Shown: piece by piece, positions 21,047 to 30,733 of the stretch
Layout: each line of letters starts with the position of its first letter
How positions within the stretch are numbered: the stretch's first letter is position 1
Origin: a virus
DNA: 64,000 bases
Strand: one strand, 5' to 3'
Virus record (IMG/VR): IMGVR_UViG_3300020159_001521
Span: 1 to 64,000 of that record
Notes under the pieces: model-generated
Told to the model about the DNA's origin: nothing
Seen by the model: the letters and a program-made list of their open reading frames with translations, nothing else
The model's database searches: none
Made by a program: the position numbers and the translations under genes

Positions 21047-21520
21047 TTATTTTATCCATTCGTGATACATGTGCTGATATTTCTCATCAGTTTTTATGTA
21101 ATGTGCTAACATTCTTGATGTAACTCGTGATGGTTTAAAATACCAAAAGCTAACTCCTTTAAGTCTTGTTGTTTCTTTGAACCAAATCCATCCAAAGAAA
21201 TAGCCTTCTGTATGATAGTTGAAATTGTATATGATTTTTCCTTTCTGCTTGGTCTTAATCCAATCTACAGGAAGATTGATAAATTCATCGTTTAATCCTT
21301 TGAGCTTTCTTCTTTTCTTTTTCTTTATTGAAAATTCACCAAATCCAAAAGGAAGTTTTTCTCTATTACCTGTTTCAAGAATGTAGTTTCTAAAAGACTC
21401 GTTAAACCTATAGATGATGTTTTTCCACTCATCAAAGGTGAGTTTTATTTCTGTGTGCTTCTTACAAAAGCTGTTATAGTTTTCTTTACTTGCTGATCTC
21501 CAATCAATCTTTGTCCTCAT
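21047..21520 (-). CDS. IHF/HU-like DNA-binding protein of the crAss-like tail module
   Basis: LPFGFGEFSIKKKK, VDWIKTK, FNYHTEGY; very basic; start moved to ATG 21520 (MRTKIDW). Confidence 0.7.
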   Translation of the reverse strand: MRTKIDWRSASKENYNSFCKKHTEIKLTFDEWKNIIYRFNESFRNYILETGNREKLPFGFGEFSIKKKKRRKLKGLNDEFINLPVDWIKTKQKGKIIYNFNYHTEGYFFGWIWFKETTRLKGVSFWYFKPSRVTSRMLAHYIKTDEKYQHMYHEWIK

Positions 21521-21521
21521 T

Positions 21522-22247
21522 TCATCTAGTATTTGGCAAATTCGGGGCTTGCCCATCTAACCCATCAGACGTAATATCCGTCTTAAGGTTAAAATAGGTT
21601 TGCAACAACTTTTTAGTTGTAAGCTCAAGCACCTGACTTTGCAAATACCCAGGAACACCATATGGTTTGTCAAGAGGATTTTTACAATAATCATCAAGGT
21701 TTATATCTTCTCCACAACAACATTCTGGATAGAGAATGTTATTTGGAACATCCTCTTCAAACAATGCAGATATTCTGATTGCTTGTAAGAGAGGATTGCT
21801 TACGTACAGATAACCGTTCATAATCCAATAATAAGCTTCATTCTTAATGATGGGAAGCTTAAGTAGATTTATATATCTGTTTATCGTTATTTCTTTAACT
21901 TTCTTACCTTGTCCACTCATGGCGTTTATCGAATAAACACCCTGTATTATATATTGGTAATTTCCCTCAGCTATACGAGGAAGTTTATATCTACTCCTTG
22001 CAACTGTACAAGGATCGACATAATCACAACATTCTGAAATAGGAACTTCCACCATCTCTAAACAAGGGAGGGTGGTGAACAATGTATCTGTTGCCCAGAG
22101 CTTTCTAAGATTAGTTTCTCTTTTAATAAGCAACAATGAATTATTTTTAATCTCAGAAGCTATCACCCTATCCGTAATAAGGGAATCTGTAGAAAGCAAC
22201 TTGTGCATACTACGTACATCTGAAACTAATTTTCTTAATGTTGACAT
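21522..22247 (-). CDS. Tail ring/adaptor protein
   Basis: Synteny; CLEMVEVPISECC, YYWIMNGYLY, ISALFEED. Confidence 0.55.
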   Translation of the reverse strand: MSTLRKLVSDVRSMHKLLSTDSLITDRVIASEIKNNSLLLIKRETNLRKLWATDTLFTTLPCLEMVEVPISECCDYVDPCTVARSRYKLPRIAEGNYQYIIQGVYSINAMSGQGKKVKEITINRYINLLKLPIIKNEAYYWIMNGYLYVSNPLLQAIRISALFEEDVPNNILYPECCCGEDINLDDYCKNPLDKPYGVPGYLQSQVLELTTKKLLQTYFNLKTDITSDGLDGQAPNLPNTR

Positions 22248-23473
22248 TATAAATGCTGTTTGAATATATTAGTTATTCCTTCATAATAGTCTATGAGGAA
22301 TCCTGTCATTTCTGCTTTTGATCCTGTGTATCCGTTCTTCTCATCCCATGAACTCTTTGCTGATGAGAAAGCAGGAATTTGATAGAACTTAATTCCACCA
22401 AAATCCTGACTAAGCTCATGGTGTTTGTCACCTGTGAAGATGTAGAAGTTTTTGTAATATGACCATTTTGCTTTGAACTCAATGGGAAATATTCCAGCAA
22501 GTTTTGCTGGCTTCATAGCATCTCCGTGATTTAGCATAAAAGCTGTGGTTCCGAAGCCCAGATATTTTCTATACTTAGGACCTGAATCAAACACTATCTC
22601 AGGAACATCCCTGAAATAAGACTCAAGCCATTTAATTAAATGCCATCCTACATATTCATCGTGATTACCTGGAACATATACAATTCTTAAATCGGTACAA
22701 TGTTCCTTCAGGTAGGAAATGATTTTCACTTCATAATCACAAATCCTTGTGAATGACTCGTGGTATGTAGCTATATTTTGTTGTGGTGTGCCTTTTGTTG
22801 TTGTTCCTGTAAACTCACTGTTGAATTCATCAGACCCTACAACATAAACAATTGTTTCAATCTCATTTGACATTTCAGCTTGATTTACAATTGTAATTAG
22901 CTTTCCTGCTAATATTGCAAATCTTTCCTCCATATCGTTAGAATCATCGTGTATGCCTAATTTATCAAAATGTGCGTCCTGCTTATTGATAAGTAAACAA
23001 CCATAAGGTTTAGAGCTAGACTTAACTATTTTAGGAAGTTGATTCGATGATGGAGTGTAAGTTTTTAGAAAGCTTACAAACTCATCCTGAAACTTGTAAG
23101 CTTCTGTTTTGAGAGATAACCAAGCTTTCACTTGCCAATGAGGAGACTTACTGTTTCCCCAATAGTTCTGAACGTATTTAGTTATTTCCCACTTGTTAAT
23201 GTCTATTTTACACTTTTTGACTAGTTCATCCAAAGATTTGATTTCCTCTGGAGAGTTGAATATTATTTCACCAGTTCCTTTTGAAAGGTCTTCTTCGTAT
23301 TTAACCACTGACTCATCATCAACACATTCCTCTTGAGGAGAAGATTTCAATTCTTTTAACAGCTCACTCACTTCAACTTCTGTAATCCCAAGCTTATCAG
23401 CATAAAACTTTTTACTCTTTTTCCAACTCAACAATTGCTGAAGCTGAGACAGTAAGTATTGATTTTCAGCCAT
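22247..23473 (-). CDS. Calcineurin-like metallophosphoesterase with N-terminal HTH
   Basis: DAH, GSDEFN, GNHD, HGD, GDKHH motifs; N-terminal YADKLGITEVEVSELL. Confidence 0.85.
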   Translation of the reverse strand: MAENQYLLSQLQQLLSWKKSKKFYADKLGITEVEVSELLKELKSSPQEECVDDESVVKYEEDLSKGTGEIIFNSPEEIKSLDELVKKCKIDINKWEITKYVQNYWGNSKSPHWQVKAWLSLKTEAYKFQDEFVSFLKTYTPSSNQLPKIVKSSSKPYGCLLINKQDAHFDKLGIHDDSNDMEERFAILAGKLITIVNQAEMSNEIETIVYVVGSDEFNSEFTGTTTKGTPQQNIATYHESFTRICDYEVKIISYLKEHCTDLRIVYVPGNHDEYVGWHLIKWLESYFRDVPEIVFDSGPKYRKYLGFGTTAFMLNHGDAMKPAKLAGIFPIEFKAKWSYYKNFYIFTGDKHHELSQDFGGIKFYQIPAFSSAKSSWDEKNGYTGSKAEMTGFLIDYYEGITNIFKQHL

Positions 23474-23499
23474 TTATGAAATGTTTGATTAAATTGTCA

Positions 23500-23531
23500 T
23501 AAAGGTAGGAATGTTTTTCTAAAATACCAAA
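23500..23531 (-). promoter_or_regulatory. Bacteroidota sigma-A promoter
   Basis: TTTG-N20-TACCTTTA upstream of the phosphoesterase gene. Confidence 0.6.
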
Positions 23532-23573
23532 TTATTTTAACTACACTGATTATATTGGTTAATCTGTCTAATT

Positions 23574-23601
23574 AAAACCCCCAGCGTAGAAACGCCAGGG
23601 G
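23574..23601 (-). terminator. Terminator hairpin with GT-TTCT-AC apex
   Basis: Minus strand CCCCTGGCGT-TTCT-ACGCTGGGGG-TTTT. Confidence 0.7.
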
Positions 23602-23635
23602 ATAAATCCTGAAAACCAACAAACAGGATTTTGAA

Positions 23636-23968
23636 TTATGGTGCAGCAGTTGTAGTGGTGCTTGTTGTTACACTACTACACTGTGTCAATAATGAACAAA
23701 GAGCTGCTAAATATCCAGGGTTTGTTGCCAATATGGATAACAAAGCTTGTGTAATTGCAACAGGAGTGATTTTAGAATCTATCTTTTGAAGAGCTGCAGT
23801 GAGCGTATCTTTAAATTGTACTCCTGACCCAGGAAGATTTGCTCCTGAATAATATACATAATCTGAGTTGATTGGATAGCCTAAGAACCCATCAGACACA
23901 CAGCCAGATGGATAGTAGGTGTAAACAATGTCAGCATTATAACAAGGCATTCCAGGTATACAAGACAT
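23636..23968 (-). CDS. Small Cys-containing tail/fibre-associated protein with Thr-rich tail
   Basis: INSDYVYYSGANL is similar to TSDKCVRYTGSNV in the upstream fibre gene; ends SVTTSTTTTAAP. Confidence 0.55.
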   Translation of the reverse strand: MSCIPGMPCYNADIVYTYYPSGCVSDGFLGYPINSDYVYYSGANLPGSGVQFKDTLTAALQKIDSKITPVAITQALLSILATNPGYLAALCSLLTQCSSVTTSTTTTAAP

Positions 23969-23978
23969 ATTGCTAAGT

Positions 23979-25037
23979 TTATGGGGTTGGAATATACATT
24001 ATGTAATAACAAGCAACAGATGGTTGAATATTTGCGTGTGCAAGACCACCTCCTGTAGAACCCATTGTTATTCCTGTGGTTGCTGTGCTTGTATTTAGAG
24101 TTGCTTGTACACCATCTCTTGCAGATTCACCTCCACCACCTGGTTGAATAGCTCCTTCAAACGTATGTGTATGACCAGGATCTGTTAACGGGTGATTGTG
24201 AGAAGGAATCTGAGTGATGTCGAGTGTTATAGAGTTGGCTCCAGCAGTTGTGAGCAATGAGTAGTTTGGATTACCAGCAACAGAAGGATTAACTGCAGAA
24301 CTAAGTGGTCCACCACCCATTCCTACAATAGCACCTACAGCAGTTCTACCACGTTTGTCAGGTGTACCATTGTTTCCGTTACAGAGGTAGATTTCTTGCC
24401 AATCACCAAGTCCTGCTCCTGTAACATCAAAGTTAGCAAGAGAACCGTAGTATTCTATAACAGTGTAAGGCACCATCTTTGTACGATATGCATTGGTTGA
24501 TGGTAAACTAGCTAGGTAGGCATTGATTAAACTATTTAATTCAGAAAGCTTTACATAGTTTGTGTCAACATCAAGTTCAAGAGCAGCAAGGTCTACACCA
24601 AGCTGGCAAAGCTTTGTAATCACTGCCTGCACTATATCATGCGTGTCTGAGGAGGCTGTAACGCCTGTCAAACAACCAATTGTATAGTTTGCATTGAGTG
24701 TTGTCAGCGTAGCATTTATACCAGTGACCTGTGTTTGCAAATTACATGCTGCTTTTACAAGAGCTGTAAACAGTTCTTTAGCAGAAGGATCTCCACACGC
24801 AGGGAAACATGGAGGAAGATATTGTGTAACTAGTGTACAATAATCACCAATTGGGATATTAATCTTTATTCCTGTTCCATTTAAGAATGAAACAACTTTT
24901 GCAATGAGAGACTGCTCAACAACGTATAAACTATCACCGTTATCGATTGCTAAGCTCTCAACATTACTTCCTGTATATCTAACACATTTGTCAGATGTTG
25001 TTTCTACACAGCCGTTATAACAATTATTACAAGCCAT
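23979..25037 (-). CDS. Tail fibre protein with collar-like domain
   Basis: YLCNGNNGTPDKRGR, LDITQIPSHNH, HTHT, GGGLAHANIQPSVACYYIM are tail collar/tip motifs. Confidence 0.8.
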   Translation of the reverse strand: MACNNCYNGCVETTSDKCVRYTGSNVESLAIDNGDSLYVVEQSLIAKVVSFLNGTGIKINIPIGDYCTLVTQYLPPCFPACGDPSAKELFTALVKAACNLQTQVTGINATLTTLNANYTIGCLTGVTASSDTHDIVQAVITKLCQLGVDLAALELDVDTNYVKLSELNSLINAYLASLPSTNAYRTKMVPYTVIEYYGSLANFDVTGAGLGDWQEIYLCNGNNGTPDKRGRTAVGAIVGMGGGPLSSAVNPSVAGNPNYSLLTTAGANSITLDITQIPSHNHPLTDPGHTHTFEGAIQPGGGGESARDGVQATLNTSTATTGITMGSTGGGLAHANIQPSVACYYIMYIPTP

Positions 25038-25045
25038 TTTAAGAT

Positions 25046-25312
25046 TTATTTATGAATTAACACTTTAACTCTACTAGCAATCATGTCTATTGTATAGGCT
25101 GATGCGTAGTCAGGATTACAAACCTTATTTACTAAGATTCTTTTATAATTAAGTAGGTCACCAATTATATCTCCTGGATAAGGAAAATTTAGCATGAATA
25201 CAATGTTGTTATATTGGTTATTTGCTAATATTGTTAGCCTACAATCAATATCATTGATTAGCTTTGGTGCTGTAGTGCAGTCTACACAATTGACGAGTCT
25301 TGGAGATAACAT
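25046..25312 (-). CDS. Small structural protein (tail hub-like)
   Basis: ORF in the structural operon; CVDC motif. Confidence 0.5.
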   Translation of the reverse strand: MLSPRLVNCVDCTTAPKLINDIDCRLTILANNQYNNIVFMLNFPYPGDIIGDLLNYKRILVNKVCNPDYASAYTIDMIASRVKVLIHK

Positions 25313-25424
25313 TTCTTAATCGTTTTAAACTGTTAGCAAGGGTTGCGTTACATGCTCCACAGAGCCCATTTATTAACTGACATCCACACCCAACTTTCAT
25401 TCCGCAATTTCTACAAGCTGCCAT
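25251..25424 (-). CDS. Small Cys-rich protein (57 aa), not in ORF track
   Basis: MAACRNCGMKVGCGCQLINGLCGACNATLANSLKRLRNVISKTRQLCRLHYSTKANQ; fills the gap after 25436 with an A-rich leader; overlaps the next gene by 62 nt. Confidence 0.65.
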   Translation of the reverse strand: MAACRNCGMKVGCGCQLINGLCGACNATLANSLKRLRNVISKTRQLCRLHYSTKANQ

Positions 25425-25435
25425 ATTTTTAGGTT

Positions 25436-25990
25436 TTAAACAAAACTGTTAAAATAATTAGATCCAGAACAACCACAATTGTTTTTAACGAAGTTAGTCA
25501 GCATCTTGCTTGCTTGCATGTACAACTTATTTGCTGTATCTACAGCGCAATTGTTTGCTGCAGCAATCGATCCTTGTATGAAGTAGTAGATGCTGTTCAA
25601 TTCTACCTTTTGTTGTTGTTTAATAGCTAAATCACATTCCATCATATCAAGTCTCATGAAAGCTTCATCGAATCTTTCTTGTATCTGCTCCACTCTCATT
25701 ATTGTCTTGTTGACAAAGTTTGTTAGTGCAGGAACTACAGAATATGTTAAATAGTAAACACCGTCAGGAAGTGGTTGCAGAGGATCTCCAACAACACTTA
25801 GTCCTAATGTAGCAGAATTGAATACATTAAAATCATTTGGTGTGAATGGAAGAAGAACTGGATCAAATCCAGGAATAGTTATTGATATTGTTGGAGACAC
25901 TGGTGTTGTTGCATATGTGGATATGTCAGCTATACCAAGTGTGTTAGCATCGTGTGTATCAATGACCAATATATCTAATACGTCTGCCAT
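25436..25990 (-). CDS. Structural protein (tail hub-like)
   Basis: LPDGVYYLTYSV motif and C-terminal CGC; synteny with crAss-like virion genes. Confidence 0.6.
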   Translation of the reverse strand: MADVLDILVIDTHDANTLGIADISTYATTPVSPTISITIPGFDPVLLPFTPNDFNVFNSATLGLSVVGDPLQPLPDGVYYLTYSVVPALTNFVNKTIMRVEQIQERFDEAFMRLDMMECDLAIKQQQKVELNSIYYFIQGSIAAANNCAVDTANKLYMQASKMLTNFVKNNCGCSGSNYFNSFV

Positions 25991-26005
25991 GTTGTTTTAA
26001 ATAAG

Positions 26006-26049
26006 TATGCCTGAGGACTTGAGAATATCCTCTCTCACCCTCAGGCATA
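26006..26049 (-). terminator. Stem-loop after the auxiliary capsid gene
   Basis: TATGCCTGAGG...CCTCAGGCATA inverted repeat. Confidence 0.55.
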
Positions 26050-26074
26050 GGTTATATGATCAAACCTTAATTTA

Positions 26075-27244
26075 TTAAGGGATCAAAGTTGTAGTGGTTG
26101 AAGTGGTAGCCCAAATAGTGGTAGTGGTTGATGTAGTGGTTAAACATACAGAACCTTGTTCTACTGGTGTACCAAGAGCTTGTGTAAGAATATCACTTAC
26201 ACTTGTTGCTGCTGCTGAACCATTCTGAACAGCGATAATCACTGTGCTGTCTTGATGAATGTAATCACCCCAAGAGTAAGCTGACCTATCGTAATCATTG
26301 AACTTGATGTAATAAGTGTCATAAGTAACACCAGAAGACACCCAAGATTCAAAGTTTTCGTTGTAACCAGCCATCCTGTAGAGATGCTTCAAGTAACCAG
26401 CTTGGTAGCTGTAGTAGTTCTTTTCCAATTGTGCAATCTCATCAGATTGACCATAGGCATAAGAAGAACGTTGAACAACCTGAGCGTTAGCTACAAGATT
26501 ACAAGCATCAGCAACAATGAAGTCAGCAGTGGTAGCAGGACCTTCGTAAACGAAAGCACGGAACCACATCCTGTCATATTCCTGAGGGAAAGCTGCAACG
26601 TCACAAGGCTGACCATACTTGGTAAGAGGCTTACCAGTGATACGGAGGATTGCACTTGCGTTGTTACCCAACCTTTGGAACTGATAGAAGTTGTTAAAGC
26701 TAATGTCATCAGGGTTGATACCAGGAGCACTTTGCTGGAGAGCAACGATAATCTCGTCAATCAGAGCAGGAACGTTAACATCAGTACAAGGGTTAGCACC
26801 ACAATCGCAACAAGGAGCCTTTACAGTTACACTGCGAGTGAAACCATTGAAATACAGAGTGTCCAGGTAAGAAGAGTGTGCACGGAGAGTTACAGTTACA
26901 TCTTGACCACACTGTACAGTCCAAGAGGAGATGTCAGTGATTTGTGTCAGAGGTGTAGCACAACCAGTCACCTTGTACCACTCAGTTACATTGGAAGTAC
27001 ATCCAGAACCTGAAGGACAACCTTTGATTTTGTCAGAGCGCTTAGAACCTTGCAAGTAGGTGTTTACCCTACCTTGAGCAACGTAAAAATAAGGAGAAGC
27101 TGCAATAGTTCCAGCAGCTGCAAAGGTGTAGTCGCTTTTGAAAAAGCCAACTTTACCTGCTGTTAAGTCTTGCGTAGAACCGCTATTGGCAATTGTGCTG
27201 CCAACAGGAACCACGAAGAGCGTAGTTAAAGAAAAATCTGCCAT
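26075..27244 (-). CDS. Abundant structural protein (auxiliary capsid protein-like) with Thr-rich C-terminus
   Basis: Third gene after the MCP; codon bias similar to the MCP; ends TTTSTTTTIWATTSTTTTLIP. Confidence 0.6.
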   Translation of the reverse strand: MADFSLTTLFVVPVGSTIANSGSTQDLTAGKVGFFKSDYTFAAAGTIAASPYFYVAQGRVNTYLQGSKRSDKIKGCPSGSGCTSNVTEWYKVTGCATPLTQITDISSWTVQCGQDVTVTLRAHSSYLDTLYFNGFTRSVTVKAPCCDCGANPCTDVNVPALIDEIIVALQQSAPGINPDDISFNNFYQFQRLGNNASAILRITGKPLTKYGQPCDVAAFPQEYDRMWFRAFVYEGPATTADFIVADACNLVANAQVVQRSSYAYGQSDEIAQLEKNYYSYQAGYLKHLYRMAGYNENFESWVSSGVTYDTYYIKFNDYDRSAYSWGDYIHQDSTVIIAVQNGSAAATSVSDILTQALGTPVEQGSVCLTTTSTTTTIWATTSTTTTLIP

Positions 27245-27272
27245 TTTTGTTTATTTTAGATATGTAAAAAAC

Positions 27273-28004
27273 TTATTCGTTTGTTTGTATCCTGTATACA
27301 GAGCTTTGAACAGCTGATTGATTTTCAGTGTACATTGCTAAGTTTTGAACAGTGAGATCAACTAATTCATCCTCTAGATAAGCTTCAAGCTCACAGTCTA
27401 CATCTGTAGAGTCTGTTCCATCAAACTTGACATATCCTGTTTTATCAATGTAAATTGGATATCTCATGTACGATATGTAGATCTTTGAAGGAGTGAATGT
27501 ACCATCTGTAAAAATTGATATTTCGTCAGATGACAGGAAGTTGAATGTTTCTTGATACTCAAATGATGGTTTGTAGTGAGTGTTATTTAATAACAGAGAA
27601 AGATCACCGTGTTTAGCAAGATCTCTGTTAATCCAGATCACTCTGTTTTTACACTCACCCTTATCTGCCAGTATATAACTGTCAATATAAAACATATATT
27701 TAGGAGTTATCTGGTCGAGTTTTGTATACCACTGATTTATAGTGGGATTCTTCAACTCAAGGTTTAGTCCATTTTCACTGTAGTTTATTACGAGTTTTTG
27801 TAAGTCTTCGTAACGTTTCTTAAATGAATCTAAACCCATTCCACTGACAACACTAAATCCATCAACCTTCTGCTTTATCAGCTTTATCTGAGCTTCGTTT
27901 AAAGCTAAGATTTTGTCTTCCAGTTGAATCTGCTGATGCTCATTAGTTGATAGTTTATTTAGTTTTTGATCTATTTTATATAATAAACTATCTACAGGTA
28001 TCAT
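27273..28004 (-). CDS. Head-tail ring/adaptor protein
   Basis: LNEAQ, YMRYP, DCELEAYLEDELVDL; second gene after the MCP as in crAss-like phages. Confidence 0.6.
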   Translation of the reverse strand: MIPVDSLLYKIDQKLNKLSTNEHQQIQLEDKILALNEAQIKLIKQKVDGFSVVSGMGLDSFKKRYEDLQKLVINYSENGLNLELKNPTINQWYTKLDQITPKYMFYIDSYILADKGECKNRVIWINRDLAKHGDLSLLLNNTHYKPSFEYQETFNFLSSDEISIFTDGTFTPSKIYISYMRYPIYIDKTGYVKFDGTDSTDVDCELEAYLEDELVDLTVQNLAMYTENQSAVQSSVYRIQTNE

Positions 28005-28966
28005 ACAGATGCGAGTTTCTTAGTTTTTAATTTTTGTTCTATTGTAAGCAACTCATCTTGATTGTCTTCATCAGCAAGGAACTTTACCAATTCCTCTTCG
28101 TCAATTGCCACTTCAAATTCTCCTTCGTAAACTCTTCCATTAGGTTTAACCCTATATATCGAGTGCTGAATAGCTTGCTTAACGAGGTCTTTGATATGGA
28201 GTAAGTTTTCTTTCATGTCAGCAAATCGGTTGAACACCTCTACAGTGGACAATCCTTGGAACTTTCCTGTTTTGAATTCTGTTTCCTTTAGAACGTTATC
28301 TACAAGGTTGTAAACAACTTCTTCTTTGCTGTTATCTGTAACAGGGAGACCTAACAGTCTGGCAACCTTTCTCTTCTTCTCAGGAGTCATACCATCAAAC
28401 TTAGCGATAGCTTTGTTGATGACTTGTTTCTTCTTGAATATCACTGCGTTCTCAATTTCATCATCTACAACATAAAACTGTGTATCTGCTGGAAATTCAC
28501 CACGCTCCCAAGCTTGATAAGAGCTTGCAATTGTGGGATGAACACGTAACCACGAGAATGCTACCTCCTGAAGAGGTTGATCAAGGTCAAAATAGTTATC
28601 TCCGTCTAGTAATTTAACTGGCTGAACATGCATTGCATCATCAGTTGATGTGGACAATCCACTGTTCCAAAACTGAGACCTTGGTCCAAGATCAATATTT
28701 AGAGCAGTTTCAAGTTTAAGTTTTAATGCAGCAACTCTTTCTTTTTCAATTTCCCTTTCTGTAGGATCTTGAATCCTTCTGATGTACGCTGCTTCTGGAT
28801 TTAAACCTGTCCTGTACTGACCGTCCAACTCTTTGTAGGGATATTTAAAAACTCCTGTACCAGGAATCCTTGTCATACCTTTCTGAGCAAGACCGCCTTG
28901 CATTGTCTGTAGTTGTGAGTTGTTATACTCTTTCTTTAACGTTGAGATTTTACCTATCTTTCCCAT
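28001..28966 (-). CDS. Conserved crAss-like virion protein (gene after MCP)
   Basis: YRTGL, WLRVHPTIASS; synteny. Confidence 0.55.
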   Translation of the reverse strand: MGKIGKISTLKKEYNNSQLQTMQGGLAQKGMTRIPGTGVFKYPYKELDGQYRTGLNPEAAYIRRIQDPTEREIEKERVAALKLKLETALNIDLGPRSQFWNSGLSTSTDDAMHVQPVKLLDGDNYFDLDQPLQEVAFSWLRVHPTIASSYQAWERGEFPADTQFYVVDDEIENAVIFKKKQVINKAIAKFDGMTPEKKRKVARLLGLPVTDNSKEEVVYNLVDNVLKETEFKTGKFQGLSTVEVFNRFADMKENLLHIKDLVKQAIQHSIYRVKPNGRVYEGEFEVAIDEEELVKFLADEDNQDELLTIEQKLKTKKLASV

Positions 28967-29179
28967 ATTACTGAATTGTTTATTGGTTTATAAAAAACTT
29001 ACCCATATGTAGTTTAGCAGAGCGATTCCCATCGAAGGGATAGCGATTGGGAGACACCCCAATCCATCACTCTGTAGTTTAAGAAGAGCTCCCCCACCCT
29101 GAAAGTGGGGGGCATTCTCTTCTCGGTTTTATGAAGCTTCCAGAGGAAGCGGTCTAAGGATGTTATCCTTAGAGGGGGT
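28967..29179 (-). other. Highly structured GC-rich intergenic region downstream of the MCP
   Basis: Consecutive hairpins and a three-way junction (see findings). Confidence 0.55.
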
Positions 29180-30733
29180 TTAGAACTGTGGAATCTCTTC
29201 GATCAATACTGTGCGAGAGAGATCCTCGATGAATACGTCACAACGGTCTTTCATCCATATTTCATAACCAGGGAACTTGTTAGCAGAACTCATTCCTTGA
29301 GACTTAGCAAAGCCCAGGTGATGACGAGTTCCGTCAATATAACCCCAAGTCATGGAAGGAGCACCCTTCATCCTTACTTCACGGATGTTGTTAACCATTG
29401 AACCATCGCTCATTGGAGAAACATCGAACACCATGAATACAGGAGTGGATTTCTTGTTCTGACCAAATTCCAGGTTAGATTGTGGCAGATCAAGTTCCTT
29501 CAGATGAATCAGTTCAACACGACCAGTCTCACGAGTAACCATTGCATCGAATGCAAAGTTGTAAGTGATGTGTTGACCTTCGCCTTGCAGGTAACGATTA
29601 CCAGAATCTGCCATGAAAGTCAAGCCAGAATTCAAAGCATCGTTCTTCAAAGCTTGCTGGAATACATCGAAACCAGCTTCGTTAGTGTACATTTTAACCC
29701 TACGATCCTTCACATCAACCCTTCTGTAGAACAGATCACCGAATACAGAACGAATAAGGTTTGCAGTGAATTCACCACGGTTATATTGAACCAAGTTACC
29801 ATTGTTACGCATCCTGTGGTAAACACCAGCAGATGTACGCTTCAATTCTTGCTTAGAGCCATTAGTTTTAACGGTGCCAGGCTTGCTCCAAATCATACGC
29901 TTAACTTTCAACTCAAGCATAGACTTACGCATCCAGAACTCGATAAATGGTTCCCATTTAACATCGTTCCTAGTCAAAGGAAGTTGGTTCCTACGCTGTG
30001 GAGCGTAAACCAAAATATCCAAAGGCTTGCCAGAAGCATCACGCATCATTTTGTCGTCAGCCCACTCAGTGATCTTGTGCTCATAACCATATGCAGAACC
30101 AAGAGATTCAAACATAGTGATTTGCTCACCAAGACGAGGAAGACCAAGCAGATCCTGATCAAACTCACCAATTGCAGCATCAACCAGTTCGAGTTCGATA
30201 CCAACTTGCAAGAAGGTGGAGCTTACGAAATCAACTGTAGGGTTGTCACTAACAAGAGTGAAAGAATACAGGTAGCCCATGTTCCAAGGAACTGGATCTT
30301 TTACAACATAGAAACGAGGACCGTATTGACGAGATCCTACAGACACGATAGCGTTTTTAGAGAACTCGTTGGTGTCAAGTACAAGAGAAAACTCTTGTCC
30401 ATCGATACCAGGCTTCAATATGCTCTCGGTAGTTGTTGGAACGTCAATGATCTTTGGGAACTTGTAAGGTACTTGTACCTGCCATTTCCATGCATCACTA
30501 TTGTTGTCAATGTAATAAGGCGTAGACTTGTTGATCATGTCAAGGAAGTCGTTGCTATACAATGAACTCTGAGTGTAGAGGCTGATGATTTTCTTGTCAT
30601 AATCAGCAGGCTCTGTGCTGTGGAAGCTTTCAAGGTGGTTGGCATCTGTAAGCTTACCTACAGCACGCTTATCCATTGAAGCAACACGAGCATACGTAAA
30701 TCCAGTTAAACCTGGGATTGTTTGAATTGCCAT
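29180..30733 (-). CDS. Major capsid protein (crAss-like)
   Basis: 517 aa; strong codon bias; follows portal and acidic scaffold; DVKDRRVKMYTNEAGF and IWMKDRCDVFIED motifs. Confidence 0.85.
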   Translation of the reverse strand: MAIQTIPGLTGFTYARVASMDKRAVGKLTDANHLESFHSTEPADYDKKIISLYTQSSLYSNDFLDMINKSTPYYIDNNSDAWKWQVQVPYKFPKIIDVPTTTESILKPGIDGQEFSLVLDTNEFSKNAIVSVGSRQYGPRFYVVKDPVPWNMGYLYSFTLVSDNPTVDFVSSTFLQVGIELELVDAAIGEFDQDLLGLPRLGEQITMFESLGSAYGYEHKITEWADDKMMRDASGKPLDILVYAPQRRNQLPLTRNDVKWEPFIEFWMRKSMLELKVKRMIWSKPGTVKTNGSKQELKRTSAGVYHRMRNNGNLVQYNRGEFTANLIRSVFGDLFYRRVDVKDRRVKMYTNEAGFDVFQQALKNDALNSGLTFMADSGNRYLQGEGQHITYNFAFDAMVTRETGRVELIHLKELDLPQSNLEFGQNKKSTPVFMVFDVSPMSDGSMVNNIREVRMKGAPSMTWGYIDGTRHHLGFAKSQGMSSANKFPGYEIWMKDRCDVFIEDLSRTVLIEEIPQF

